Part shown: piece after piece, positions 24,332 through 37,400 of the stretch
Layout of the letters: every line of letters starts with the position of its first letter
How positions within the stretch are numbered: the stretch's first letter is position 1
Assembly: GCF_036365525.1 (NCBI RefSeq)
Contig: NC_090380.1
Location: 102,819,942 to 102,883,941 of the forward strand
From: Heterodontus francisci
Taxonomy: Eukaryota
Direction: 5' to 3'
Length of the DNA: 64,000 nt
Notes under the pieces: model-generated
The model's input: only the letters and a program-made list of their open reading frames with translations
Told to the model about the DNA's origin: nothing
Databases searched by the model: none
Program-made: the position numbers and the translations under genes

Positions 24332-26342
24332 GAAAGACAGCACCTCCAGCAGTGCAGCACTCCCTCAGTACTGGATGGGATTGTCAGCCAAGGTGTACCA
24401 CGGCATATGAAATTTGTACTTTTCAGGTAAGCAGCAGTAATAATGAAATTTTGCTTAAAAACAAAGCACCCACTGAAGTATCAATATTAAGGCTGTGCTT
24501 TCTCCCTGCCATCCTTCTCCTGGCATCTCCTGGAACTGACAGAGATAGTGGTGGCAAGCAGGAAAATCTGGAAAATTCTCTGGGTGTTTAAGTGTGGTAG
24601 GTGGCGACGCTACAACTGGTGACAGGGGAAAGAATATAATTTTGGGTTGGGAATCTCCGGTAGGCCTCACCATCCGATTCTCCCTTCTTTTCCACTTCTT
24701 TCTCAGCAGATTATGGTGGGAATAGTGGAGGGATTTTCAGCCTAACATCCCCAAGGAACCAACCATTCAACCTATTGTCATACTAGAATGAGGTTGTGAA
24801 GCCATTCGGACATGGGCATTACAGACATTTGCTGAAAACAATGCACTCTTGCAGCCTAATTCCTTGGTGGTTGTCACACATCATTAGGACATTCATATTC
24901 CAATAGACTTTCTGTTGCACAGCTGCCAGAATGGTCACTAAGTTTTCAGGAAAGTGTGTTTTCCACTAGTGCATCCTGGAACTGACCCAATTGTCATGGA
25001 GAGGGGTGGATGGGGGGCCAGTGGTTGAGGTTCAGGTGGTGTCCAGTGCTGCTGTCGTGAGGCTCAGGCCTTATTATTGCGGCGTCGAGGAGCTGTCGGT
25101 TCCAACTGGATGCCTTGCTGTAGTTCGCCAGCCCAGTGAAAGTGTGAAATTAACTGGCTCCCCGACTTAGTTGGCAGGTCTGGCCATGAGTGGGAGGCGA
25201 TTCAGGAGGGGCCTCGGACTAGCTGGCAGCAGGTCAGGATGTTTATGTGGGTCCAGGAGGAGAAGGCGGGCTGCTCCTGGGAGCGATAAAGAAAACATTT
25301 AAAAGCTTCCCGGGCCTAGTTTTGAGCAGTTGCCAGTCAGTTTCTTCAAGGACCACAGGTTAGTCTGCTCAATACCTGTACAAATAGAGCGGAACGAGCG
25401 AGGGGCATGTTCCTTCTATTTGTATCCACAAATTGCAATCAGACTTCTATATCTGGCCTAGGAACCCTATTTGCATATTTAAGCAGCCTCCCACCTGTTG
25501 CGGACGGGCGGTTTTGCTCACCTATTTGTGGGCTCAGTGAGTAGGTGGGCACCGATGAGGTAGCCAAGGTACTCAATCTGATTTTCAGTGCTTTGATGCC
25601 CATTTTTCGGGTGCTAAACAAGCAGCCAGCTATTGAAATTCATGGCGTTGAAGAGAGGCGTTTGTGGCTTTATTAATGCAACAATGAGGCACTCCTGAAA
25701 CTGAGTTATGCAAAGCTCAATAACTAAGTACACAAGGAGCGATCGGTAAAATATGCCCTTCTCTGCAGATGCTGAGCCATTTCAGCTACTATTATTGTGC
25801 ACCCTGCAGCTGGATTAACAAACTTTCCTAATGTTTGCACTGGTTAAATGACCCATTGCTTGAGAAGCATTAAAAGTTGATTATCGTGGGCAATCCGTGA
25901 AATCTGCTATTTATTTCTTAACCAGGAGCACAACTGTATCCTTGGGAATCATGCATTTCCCTGGATTTCATTGGTGTATTGTTAATCTCCATGCAAACAG
26001 AAAAAGGCATTTTACCCATTTATCAAAACATTATGAATTTCAGCACAAGATTGTATTTAACCTTAGGGAGGGGCTGAAGCAATGCTATTGATACTATGTA
26101 CAGACGCCTGCTATGTACTTCATAGGTAGCTGGTTAAATATTAAACCTTGATTTGGTTTCTGCAGACTTTAGCCTTCAATTTAGTTACAAAAGTAATTCT
26201 GGTTTGATATGAGGCAGTAACCAGATTCATTTTCTTTGTGTCTTCAGAGAAGCCGATTAACTTGCTGTTTCTCGGAAATCTTTCTTAGTAACAAGGTTCA
26301 TTTTTCTTTCGTTGTCCAACATTTCCATTTGTTTCTTTTTAG

Positions 26343-26546
26343 ATCCACTTCGTCTATTTAGCGGCCTTTTCACACATTGAATGTTTTCTAAAAAGGCTTT
26401 CATCCGAGACTTTTGGTTGACTACAGCTCACTGCAATATTGAAAGAACACTGGAAAGTTCTTCAGTCATTTACTGGAACATTGTGCTGACACTTCAAAGA
26501 CGATTGAGAAAATGAAAGTTCCTGCCTAGTAAGGCCCACCGAACAG
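26343..26546 (+). other. Candidate non-coding 5' UTR exon (or first exon) of the IGSF5-like gene
   Basis: Lies in one of few repeat-free blocks (~25650-26850). Strong donor CAG|GTATGA at 26546/7; acceptor gtttctttttag ending 26342 (another at 26247). No long ORF. Inference only. Confidence 0.25.
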
Positions 26547-26869
26547 GTATGAGGTACATTTAATTTTTAAACAATAGCCACTAGTTTGGAAGGCAATCAA
26601 CTCTTAAAAATAAAAATGGATTTCTGCCACGCAAAACAAGGCCACAGGAGAATATCATCAGCTTAAGATAAAAATAATATGGCAGGAATAATCCAGGCTG
26701 GTTTATCTATAATGGCAACTGGTCACAGAAGGGTTCGTTTGCATCAAAGTGATAGACACTTCAATAATGATAAATATGCTACGGAAAACTGTTTATCAGT
26801 GAAAGATAAGTATTACAGAGAGAGATTGTGCTTATTATTGCCCACTTTTTGGATACTGAGTGGCCTCAG

Positions 26870-27548
26870 AGCTGCAAAATGGCACCCGTGCCTTGTGCAC
26901 ACAGATGTGGGGTGAATTGCTCAAGATGCTACATTGGTGAGGCTGATAATGAATGTCCACTGGAATGCAGAGTGGGTAGATCGTGCAACATTGAGTTGAC
27001 GTCAGAGCTGTCTCCAAGGAGTTCAATGCTCCAGCTAACGCCCTCTTTTAAGCTCTCACAGCTGAACACACATTCAGTAGCAGGAAGGACTCCCCGCTCG
27101 TGCTATTTAAAGGGATCATCAACTACACACAGGTTAGCTGCTGGTTGATTTCTTCCGGCTGTTGTTATGATCGTACTAGTATTTGGTGCATTGCATAGTT
27201 CTTTCAAGTTGCAAAAGTCTTTGGGGAACGGTGTGGCAGGTGCTGAAGGACTTTTTGCTAACTTCAAGCGTCCTGCACAAATCTGTTGCTCCCAGACATG
27301 GGTGCACCAGTTGACATTCCACTTGGAATACAGCATAAGTTGGAGAATGAACAGAGGTCACGTAGAGCAGGAGAAAGTTGCTGGAAGAGGGAGGAGGAGG
27401 GAGAGGGAAAGAAGGGCTCTCCACAGAAGGCCATATCTCCTCAGGGTGTTCAGTGAGCAACTCTCTTACCTGAACCTCAGCAATGAGCATTGTGTGAGAT
27501 GTCTGCGCTTCAGTAATGGCATTCTCACTGAAATCGGCCACCTGCTGA
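26870..27548 (+). mobile_element. PIF/Harbinger remnant with HARBI1-like transposase N-terminus
   Basis: RRPYLLRVFSEQLSYLNLSNEHCVRCLRFSNGILTEIGHLL matches the R-P-Y..R-V..Y-L-x-L-S-x-E-x-C-x-R-x-L-R-F pattern; cut off at 27549 by CR1. Confidence 0.65.
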
Positions 27549-27580
27549 TAGAGTCATAGAGTTATACAGCACAGAAACAG

Positions 27581-30500
27581 GAGGCAGTCACACTCCTTAG
27601 ACTAGGGACAACATTAGAGATGGTCAATGGTAAGGAACAGGAGGGTGTGACTGTGAGTGAGGCAGGTAAGAGGAATCAGCATGGAGTAATGGAGGAGCCT
27701 CAGCCTCTGACCTTGTCCAAAAGGTATGAGGTCCTTGTTACCTGTGTGGATGAAGAGAAGGACTGCAAGGTGGATGAGCAGACTGAGCATGGCACCATGG
27801 TAAAAGATGCCATTCCAGTGGAGGAATGAAGAGAAATATGGTAATGATAGGAGACAGTATAGTCAGGGAGATAGATACTGTTCTCTGTAGCCTCGATTGG
27901 GAGCTGTGACAGCTGTATTACCTGCCCGGTGCCGGGGTTAAGGAGAGGAACCTGGAGTGGGAAGGGCAGGATCCAGTTGTTGTGGTCCATGTGGGAACCA
28001 TTGACATAGGTAGAACCAGAAATGATGTTCTGCTTAGAGAATTTGAGGAGTTAGGGTCCAAACTAAAACGCAAAACATCAAAGGTGATCATCTCTGGATT
28101 GTTACCTGAGCCACGCGCAAATTGTCACAGGGTCAAGCAGATTAGAGAATTAAACGCGTAGCTCAAGGTGTGGTGTGGGAAGAAGGGGTTTTGATTCTTG
28201 GGACACTGGCATCAGTACTCAGGGAAGAGGGAGCTATTCCATTGAGATGGGCTTCACTTGAACCGGGCTGGAACCAGTGTCCTAGTCAATCGCATAACGA
28301 GGGCTATGGACAGGGCTTTAAACTAACAGAGGGTGGGGGTGGGGTGGGTAGGGTTTGGGTAAAGGGAAATTTAGAAATCCAAAGAGAGAGGTTAGGGCAT
28401 CGGAGTAGGATAGTGATGTGGATAACTCCCAACAGAATGGGGCAGGAAGGGACAGAGAGTTTAACAAAAATTGTACATTGACAAATAAGGAATAGAGGTA
28501 AAAAATGAAATTAAACTTCCTTTATCTGAATGCACGAAGCATCTGTAATAAGATAGATGAACTAGAGGCACGAATAGAGGTAAAGGATGAAAATCTAAAT
28601 GCCATTACTGAGACATGGTTACAAGGAGATCAGGTTGGGAAATGAATATTCCGGGGTACACAATATTTTGGAGAGACAGACAGAATGGCAAAGGAGGAGG
28701 GGTAGCTCTGATAGTAAAGGATGGCATAAGGACATTAATAAGAAGGGATCTGGCCTCAGAAGATCATGAAGTAGAATCAGTTTGGGTGGAAATTAGGAAT
28801 AGCAGGAGTCATAAAACACTGGTCTGAGTAGTTTACAGACCCCCTAACAGTAGTTATATTATTGGACAGAATATTAAACAGGAAATTATTGGAGCATGTA
28901 AAAAAGTAATGTATTAATTGTGGGGGATTTTAATCTTCATATAGACTGGGACAATCAAAGTGGCAACAGTGGACTGGAAGATGAATTTGTAGAATGCTTT
29001 CATGACTGTTTCTTGGAGCAATACATTGTAGACCAACTAGGGATAAAGCTATCTTATTTATTTATTTTTTATTTAGAGATACAGCACTGAAACAGGCCCT
29101 TCAGCCCACCAACTCTGTGCCAACCATCAACCACCCATTTATACTAATCCTACACTAATTCCATATTCCTATCACATCCCCACCTGTCCCTATATTCTCC
29201 TACCACCTACCTATACTAGGGGCAATTTATAATGGCCAATTTACCTATCAACCTGCAAGTCTTTTGGCTGTGGGAGGAAACCGGAGTACCTGGCGAAAAC
29301 CCACGCAGACACAGGGAGAACTTGCAAACTCCACACAGGCAGTACCCAGAATTGAACCCGGGTCCCTGGAGCTGTGAGGCTGCGGTGCTAACCACTGCGC
29401 CACTGTGTCACCCAGTATTGTGTAATGAAGCAGAATTAATAAGCAATGTCATAGTAAAAGATCCACTGGGAAAAAGTGATCATAATACCATTGAATTTCA
29501 TGTTAAGTTTGAAAGTGACACATTTCAATCACAAACGAGAATCTTAAACTTAAACAAAGCCAACTATGAAGATATGAGGGGAGAACTGGCTAAGGTTAAT
29601 TGGGTAAATAGACTAAAAGGTATGGCGGTAAATGAACAGTGGGAAACATTTAAAGAAACAATTTAAAGGGTTCAACAAAAGTACATTCCGTTCAAAAACA
29701 AAAACTCGTCAAGAAGGACCCATCCGTGGCTCACTCAGGAAGTTAAGGAGAGAATGAGACTAAAAGAAGAGGCTTAGAATGTTGCAAAAAATAGTAGCAA
29801 GTCTGAGGATTGGGAATGTTTCCGAAACCAGCAAAAGGCCACCAAAAATTGATAAAAAGGGAAAAGATAGAATATGAGTGTAAACTAGCCAGCAATATAA
29901 AAACAGATTGTAAGAGCTTTTATAAGTACATTAAAAGGAGAGTAGCTAAAGTAGACATTGGTCTCTTAGAGGCAGAGACAGGAGAAATCATCATGGGGAA
30001 TAAGGAAATGGCAGAGGTACTGACCAAATATTTTGTGTCTGTCTTCACAGTAGACTAGTTCCAGAAATAGGCAGTAAACTAGGGATTAAAAGCAGTGAGG
30101 AAACTAAGGATATTGATATCAGCCGAGAAAAAGTATTGGAGAAACTTGAGGTACTAAAATCTGACAAGTCCCCGGGACCAGATGTCCTACATCCTAGGTT
30201 CTAAAAGAGATGGCTGCATAGATAGTGGATGCGCTGGCTATGATTTTCCAGAATTCCGCAGATTCAGGAATGGTCCCATCAGATTAGAAGTTGGCAAATG
30301 TTACACCGCTTTTCAAGAAAGGAGGTAGAAAGAAAACAGAGAACTACAGGCCAGTTAGCCTCAGTCGTTGGGAAGATGCTGGGAACTATTAGAAACATAG
30401 AACGTAGAAAAATAGGAGCAGGAGTAGGCCATTCGGCCCTTTGAGCCTGCTCTGCCATTCAATACGATCATGGCTGATATTATTAAAGAAGTTTTAACAT

Positions 30501-31812
30501 TGCACTTGGAAAAGCATAGTATGATTTGAACAAGTCAGCATGGTTTTACTGAAGGGAATTCCTGTTTGATAAATTTATTAGTTTTTGAGGATGTAACTAG
30601 TAGGGTAGATAAAGGGGAACCAGTGGATGTAGTATACCTCGATTTTCAAAAGGCATTCAATAAGGTGCCACATAAAAGATAATAGGCAAGATAAGGGCTC
30701 ATGGTGCTGGGGGTAATATATTAAAGTGGATAGAGGATTGATTAACAGACAGGAAGCAGAGAGTGGGCATAAATGGGGTATTTTCAAGTTGGCAGGCTGT
30801 GAATAGTGGGGTGCCGCAAGCATCAGTGCTGGGGCCTTAGCTATTTACACTCTATATTAATAACTGGGATGAAGAGACAGAGAGTAATGTATCTAAGTTT
30901 GCTGATGATACAAAGCTTGGTGGAAAGGTAAGCTGCGGGGAGGACGCAGAGAGGCTGCCAGGAGATATAGACAAGTTAAGCGAGTGGGCAACAAGATGGC
31001 AAATGAAGTATAATGTAGGGAAGTGTGAAGTTATTCATTTTGGTCATACAAATAGAAAAGCAGAATTTTTTTAAAAGGTGTGAAACTGGTAAGTGTTGAT
31101 GTTGAGAGAGACTTGGGGGTAATCGTACAAGGAATGCACACAGTTAACATGCAGGTGCAGCAGGTTATTAGGAAGGCAAATGGCATGTTGGCCTTTATTG
31201 CAAGGGAATTGGAGTACAGGAATAAAGAAGTCTTCCTAAAATTGTACAGAGTTTTGGTGACACCCTGCCTGGAATACTGTGTGGAGTTTTGGTCTCCACA
31301 TTTAAGAAAGGATATACTTGCACTGGAAGCGATACAGCAAAGATTTACTAAATTGGTCCCTGGGATGTGGGGATTGTCCTATGATGAGAGGCTGAGTAAA
31401 TTGGGCCTATATCCTCTAGAGTTTAGAACAATGAGAGGCGATCTAATTGAGACATACAAATTCTGAAAGGGCTTGATAGGGTAGAAGCTGAGAGATTGTT
31501 CCTACTGGTCGGGGAATCTAGAACACGGGGGCACAGTCTCAGGATAAGGGGCCGATCATTCAGGACTGAGATGAGGAGAAATTACTCCACTCAAAGGGTT
31601 GTGAATCTTTAGAATACTCTACCCCAGAGGCTTGTGGATGCTCCATCATTTAAGGCCGGGATAGATAGATTTCTGGTCTCGCAGGGGGTTAAGGGACATG
31701 GGGAGCGGGCAGAAAAACGGAATTGTAGCCCAATATCAGCCATGATCGTATTGAATAACAGAGCAGGCTTGATGGGCCATATGGTCTACTTCTGCTCCTA
31801 TTTCTTGTGTTC
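27581..31812 (+). mobile_element. CR1 LINE, near full-length, heavily decayed, with nested HE1 and a short inverted CR1 tail (30390-30478)
   Basis: ORF1 GDS..HVGT, ORF2 LNARSI, RT and 3' tail all colinear. Confidence 0.92.
29054..29412 (-). mobile_element. HE1-type V-SINE
   Basis: Reverse complement of the HE1 consensus with a (TAAA)n tail. Confidence 0.9.
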
Positions 31813-32149
31813 TTGGTTGTTGTGTCTTCAGGCCTTGACTCCTGGTTTGACCTCCATGACTATCTGCTCCTACTGCCTTTTGAACTTGTGTCTGGAGATG
31901 CAGGACATCTCTCTACCTTTTCAGCTTCTCGACCAAGGCCTCCAGGGCAGCATCAAAAATCTTTGGAGTCTGCTCTCTCCCATGTTGTGTCATTCTTCAA
32001 TGTTTCCCACGTCAAATTCACATCCTGCATGACTGCCTGTACCTGTTCCAATCACAATGCACTTCCTCTTTAAGAGGTGCAGGCTAGCTTTAACTGGTTC
32101 TTGCCCCCTGCTGATAAGTTCAGCCTGTCAACAGTGTAGTTACAGAATC

Positions 32150-32790
32150 GCTGAATTAATAAATTGTTACGGCACAGAAGGAGGCCATTTGAGCCATTGT
32201 GCCTGTGCTGGCTGTCCAAAAGAGTAGTTTACCTAGTGCCACTCCCCGGCCTTCTCCCTCACATTTTTCCTTGTCAGATAACAATCCAATTGAATGCCTC
32301 AATTGAACCTGCCTTCACCACACTCTCAGGCAGTGCATTCCAGATCCTAACCACTCGCTGCATGAAAAGTTTTTGCCTCATGTTGCCATTGCTTCTTTTG
32401 CCAATTACCTTAAACCTGTGCCCTCTTGTTCACGATTCTTCCAGCAATGGGAACAGTTTCTCCCTCTCTACTCTCTCCAGACTCCTCATGATTTTGGACA
32501 CCTCCATAAAAATCTCCTCTCAACCTTCTTTTCTCCAAAGAAAACAGTCCCAACTTCTCCAATCTATCCACATAACTGAAGTTCTTCATCCCTGGAACCA
32601 TTCTCGTGAACCTTTTCTGCACTCTCTCGAATGCCTTCACATCTCTTCCGAAGTGTGGCGCCCAGAACTGGACACAATACTCCAGTTGAGACCGACCCAG
32701 TGTTCCATACAAGTTTAACTTTTGCTCTTGTACTTTATGCCCCTATTAATGAAGCCTAGGATGCTGTATGCTCTATTAACTGTGCTCTCA
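32150..32790 (-). mobile_element. CR1 3' fragment
   Basis: QLEYCVQFWAPHF..RVQKRFTRMVPG; same subfamily as 35666-36330. Confidence 0.9.
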
Positions 32791-32904
32791 ACCCTAGATG
32801 TTGAAATCATTGCAATGAGCAGCCAGCACAAAGTTGGTTGCCATCAACGGGCATGGGATAATCGCACATTGCGATCCACATGCCTGTTTTCAGGTCAATC
32901 AAAT

Positions 32905-33278
32905 ATAGCCCCCAATTACTCCAGTGCTTTCCTGGCTAGCCTCTTATCCTTCAGCTCTTCCAAAACTCAGCTGCCCATGCTCTACATGCACCAAGTCCTG
33001 CCCACCCATCCAATTTAAAGTTCTCCTACTTGTGTTTAAATCGATTCATAGGCTTGCTCCCTTCCCATTCCTGTGACCTCTGCTGGCCCTACAACTCCCT
33101 CCGGAGTATCCATTCTTTTGCTTTCCATCTGTTGTGGATTTCTCCTTTCTTTGCTTCACCATCGGGGGCCATGCCTTCAGCTGCCTTAGTCTCATTCTCT
33201 GGAATTCTGCCTCTATCTCTCCACCTTTCTTCCATTAAGGCCCTCCTTAAAGCCTACCTCTTTCACTAAGATTTTTGT
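32905..33278 (+). mobile_element. L2 LINE 3' ORF2 fragment (old)
   Basis: FKVLLLVFK, LWNS and KALLKAYLF remnants. Confidence 0.65.
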
Positions 33279-33289
33279 TATTCGTCCTT

Positions 33290-34335
33290 GTGATGTGAGC
33301 ATCGCTGGCAAGGCCAACATTTGTTGCCCATCCCTTTTTGACCTTCAGAAGCTAGTGGTGAGCCACCTTCTTGAACTATTGTAGTCCATCTGGTATAGGT
33401 GCACCCACAGTGCTGTTAGGGAGGGAGTTCCATTCATAAGGTCAGAAGTGGGATGTTTGCTAACGTTCAGCACCATTCGTGACTCCTCAGATACTGAAGC
33501 TGTCTGTGTCCAGATGAAGCAACACCTGGACTTGGGCTGATAAGTGGCAAGTAACATTGGCACCACACAAGTGCCAGGCAATGACCATCTCAAACAAGAG
33601 CGAATCTAACCATCTCCCCTTGATGTTCAATGACATTACCATCACTGAATCCCCCACTATCAACATCCTGGGAGTTACCATTGACCAGAAACTGAACTGA
33701 ACCAGCCACATAAATACTGTGGCTAGAAGAGAAGGGCAGAAGCTAGGAATTCAGTGGTGAGCCACTAACCTCCTATCTCCCAGCGTCTATCCACCATCTA
33801 CAAGGTACAAGTCAGGAGTGTGATGGAATACTCTTCACTTGCTTGGATGGGTGCAGCTCCAACAACACTCAAGAAGCTCGATGCCATCGAGGAAAAAGCA
33901 GCCTGCTTGATTGGCACCCCATCCACCACCCTCAACATTCACTCCCTTCACCACCAATGCACAGTGACAGCAGTGTGTACCATCTACAAGATGCACTGCA
34001 GCAACTCACCTAGGCTCCTTCAACAGCACCTTCCAATCCCGCGACCTCTACAACCTAGCAGGACAAGGCAGAAGATGCTTGGGAACATCACCACCTGCAA
34101 ACTATGAACAAATAAAAAAAGAATGATCCAGCGACAGTGAAGGAACAGTGATATAGTTCCAAGTCAGGATGGTATATGGTTTGGAGGGGTACTTGCAGGT
34201 GGTGGTATACCCATGCATTTGCTGCCCTTGTTCTTCTAGGTGGTAGAGGTTGTGGGTTTGGAAGGTGCTGTTGAAGGAGGCTTGGTGAGTTGCTGCCATG
34301 CATCTTGTAGATGATACACACAGCTGCCACTGTAC
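33290..34335. mobile_element. Two fragments of the 4524-type LINE: a - copy (33290-33432 plus 34125-34335) split by a + copy (~33433-34122)
   Basis: DKWQVT..KCQAMTIS and MEYSSLAWMGAAPTTLKKLD on +; tail and 3' region on -. Confidence 0.85.
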
Positions 34336-34356
34336 TGGTGGTCATTGAATCATACG

Positions 34357-34975
34357 GTTGGATTCTATGGGCCCCCTGAGGTGGGGTTGGAGACGGGGAG
34401 GCCCATAGAATTGTGACAGGAGTTAGGAGGATGGAGGGCCTGTTGCCTCCCCGTTGTCAAGTGATTTTTGTTGGGGGATGGAATAGGTTGACTACGGCCT
34501 TCCTGCCCAGTGGCCAATTGAGGCCCTTAAGCGGCTTATTAATGGTTACATAAGGGCTTCTTACCCCCCACTGCTGGTATTTAACCAACGGCGGGGCATA
34601 TCTCCGCCATGCTGGGAGGTCACTCAGTAATATGAGGTGCCCTACCTGCTTGGCGGGGGTGGGGGTCCCTCCTCCATGGTCACTCTGTGGCCCAAGGAGG
34701 ACCCCTACCGGGAAAGACTCCACCTCCCTGGACCCCCCCCTCCATCCTGTCCCTGCACTACACGCCCACCCTGCCACTCCCCCTCGCCAGGGCCTTCTGG
34801 GCTGGCCCTTGCAACCTCACCTCACTTAACCTAAGGTCCAGGGTTCCAGTGCAGGGCTTGGCTCCAAGGCCTCTGCAGTATCAGCAGTGGTCACTGCTCC
34901 CAGTGGCGCTGCCAATACTGCTTAGCTGCTGTTTTTTGATTGGGCCAAATTTGCCACTCTGCCACCTCCCCTGTA
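34357..34975. mobile_element. GC-rich non-autonomous repeat related to 18155-19105
   Basis: tggccaattgaggcccttaagcggcttattaatggttacataagggcttc palindrome. Confidence 0.4.
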
Positions 34976-34979
34976 TCTA

Positions 34980-36330
34980 GGAAACATTGCAAGATTATGG
35001 CAAGACCTTCCACTATCTTCCTTTAACAACCTGATGCAAGCTATGTGGATCAGGTGACTTATCCACTCTAAGCATAGCCAGCCTTTCCAGTATATCCTGC
35101 CTATCAATTTTCACCCGATCCATTACCTCTACCTTCTCCACTTCCACTGATATTTTTTCAGCTTCCTCCTTCTTAGTAAACACTGATACATAGTGCTCAT
35201 TAAATATTCTAGCCTTGCCCTGCGCTTCTAAGCATATATTATCCTTTTTGTCCCTAATAGCCCCCACCCTACCTCTTGCTACCCGCTTACTATTTACATG
35301 CTGGTAGAAGATTTTGGGGTTCCATTTATATTGACTGCCATTCTATTCTCATATTCTCTCTTTGCCAGACTTGCTTACTTCTTCACTTCCTCTTTCAACT
35401 TATTGAATTTGGCCTGGTTCTCGCTTGAAGAATTCACCTGATATGCATCATATACACTTTCTTTTTTGATTCATCATAATCTCTATCTCCCTCATCATCC
35501 AAGGAGCCCTGTTTTTGGTTCCCCTACCTTTTACCCTTGTTGTAATGTATCTAGCCTGCATCTGAAACATCTCCTCCTTAAAGATCACCCATTGTTCCAT
35601 TATAGTTTTTCCTGTCAGTCCTTGGCTCCATTTTACCCTGATTAGATCCCCTCTCATCCTATTGAATCATAGAAATGTTACAGCACAGAAGGAGGCCATT
35701 CAGCCCGTCATGTCTGTGCCAGCTCTCCGAAAGAGCTGTTTACCTAGTGCTACTCCCCCACCTTCTCCCCGTAACCCTGCACATTCTTCCTTTTCAACTA
35801 ACTATTCAATTCCCTCTTGAATGCCTCGATTGAACCTGCCTCCACCACACTCTCAGGCAGTGCATTCCAGATCCTAACCACTCGCTGCGTGAAAATGTTT
35901 TTCCTCATGTTGCCATCGCTTCTTTTGCTAATTACGTTAAATCTGTGCCCTCTTGTTCTCAATCCCTCCACTAAAGGGAACAGTTTTTCCCTATCTATCC
36001 TGTCTAGACCCCTCACGATTTTGAACACCTCTATTAAATCTCCTCTCAACCTTGTCTTCTCCAAAGAAAACAGTCCCAACTTCTCCAATCTATCCACGTA
36101 ACTGAAGTTCCTCATCCCTGGAACCGTTCTCGTGAATCTTTTCTGCACTCTCTCTAATGCCTTCACATCTTTTCTAAAGTGTGGCACCGGGAACTGGACA
36201 CAATACTCCAGTTGAGATTGAAACTGTGTTCTATACAAGTTTAACATCACTGCCTTGCTTTTGTACTCTATGCCCCTATGAATGAAGCCAAGAGTACTGT
36301 ATGCTCTATTAACTGCTCTCTCAACCTGTC
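34980..36330 (-). mobile_element. Two CR1 fragments (internal ORF2 34980-35665; 3' end 35666-36330)
   Basis: YVSVFTK..LRVDKSP; QLEYCVQF..FTQRVVRIWNALP. Confidence 0.88.
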
Positions 36331-36671
36331 ATTTGTGGCATAGCAACTCTAGTTGCCAGGAATGCTGAACACTCTTCATGTACAGTGTTGCTGTTATGGA
36401 AAGGGAGTGGATTTACATTTTAATTTCTCCATTGGTGCTATTGCAAGCTCCCAAGACCAGCAGCAGTGATTCTCCTTCCCAGCAATAATGAAAAACAAAC
36501 TGGGAGTTGTCACTGATGTCACCTGTTACAGGCTAGAAGGAGCCTGTTGCATGAAAGTTAAGGGCCATGGTGACCTTGACAGCTACAGCAGCGTTGCCCA
36601 TGCTGTACTTTGTTGCTCCAGTTGTGGCTGCTACAGGTAATGCAGCTTGTTGATGGACTACTTGTTGAAGT

Positions 36672-36735
36672 AACTGTTTGGCAATGTATTTTTACAGATT
36701 TTTATGAATAAAGTATATTTTGGAAATTAAAAAAA
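36672..36735 (+). mobile_element. 64-bp Tx1 3'-end micro-insertion with 12-bp TSD
   Basis: tttttacagatttttatgaataaagtatattttggaaa matches the Tx1 ends at 52213 and 56212; ACTTGTTGAAGT at 36660-71 and 36736-47. Confidence 0.85.
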
Positions 36736-36796
36736 ACTTGTTGAAGTTCAGGCACCTGACGTGTTGCTCCACTGTGAGATTGAAGTATGAGAATCC

Positions 36797-37400
36797 AAAA
36801 ATAAAATACTGCGGGTGCTGGAACACTGAAATAAAAACAGAAAATGCTGGAAATACTCAGCGTGTACAGAGGCAGGAAAGCAGGGAGGGGAGGAAATAAG
36901 GAAAAGGGAAGGTCTGTGTCGGGTGGAAGACAGGAGGGATTACATGACAAAAGGAATTATGGTGCAAGACAAAAGAGCAGTGGCAATGGGACAAGTAATG
37001 AAACAAAGGATGTGTCTAGAGGAGGTGTTAATGGGAAAGTGCTGAATTATTACCAATAGCTCCTATCAAAAACCAACAAAAAAGAAAAATGGGGGCAGGG
37101 GTTGCGATCTGAAATTGTCGAACTCCATGTTGAGTTCAGGGGCTGTAAAGTGCCAAATTGAAAGATAAGTTGCTGTTCCTTGAGCTCGCTGTTGCACTTC
37201 ATTGGAACACTGCAAGAAGTCGAGGGCAGAGAGGTCAGCACGAGAGCAAGGTGGAGAATTAAAATCACAGGTGACCGGAAACTCGGGGTCACGCTTGCAA
37301 ACTACATGGAGGTGTTCCGCAAAGCAGTGACCCAATCTGCTTTTGGTCTCCCCAGTGTAGAGGAGACCACATTGTGAGCAATGACTATGACACTGGTAAA
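36797..37400 (-). mobile_element. Penelope-like element, GIY-YIG endonuclease remnant plus 3' end
   Basis: CSQCGLLYTGETKSRLGHCFAEHL..PVTCDFNS..LKEQQLIFQFGTLQP. Confidence 0.88.
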
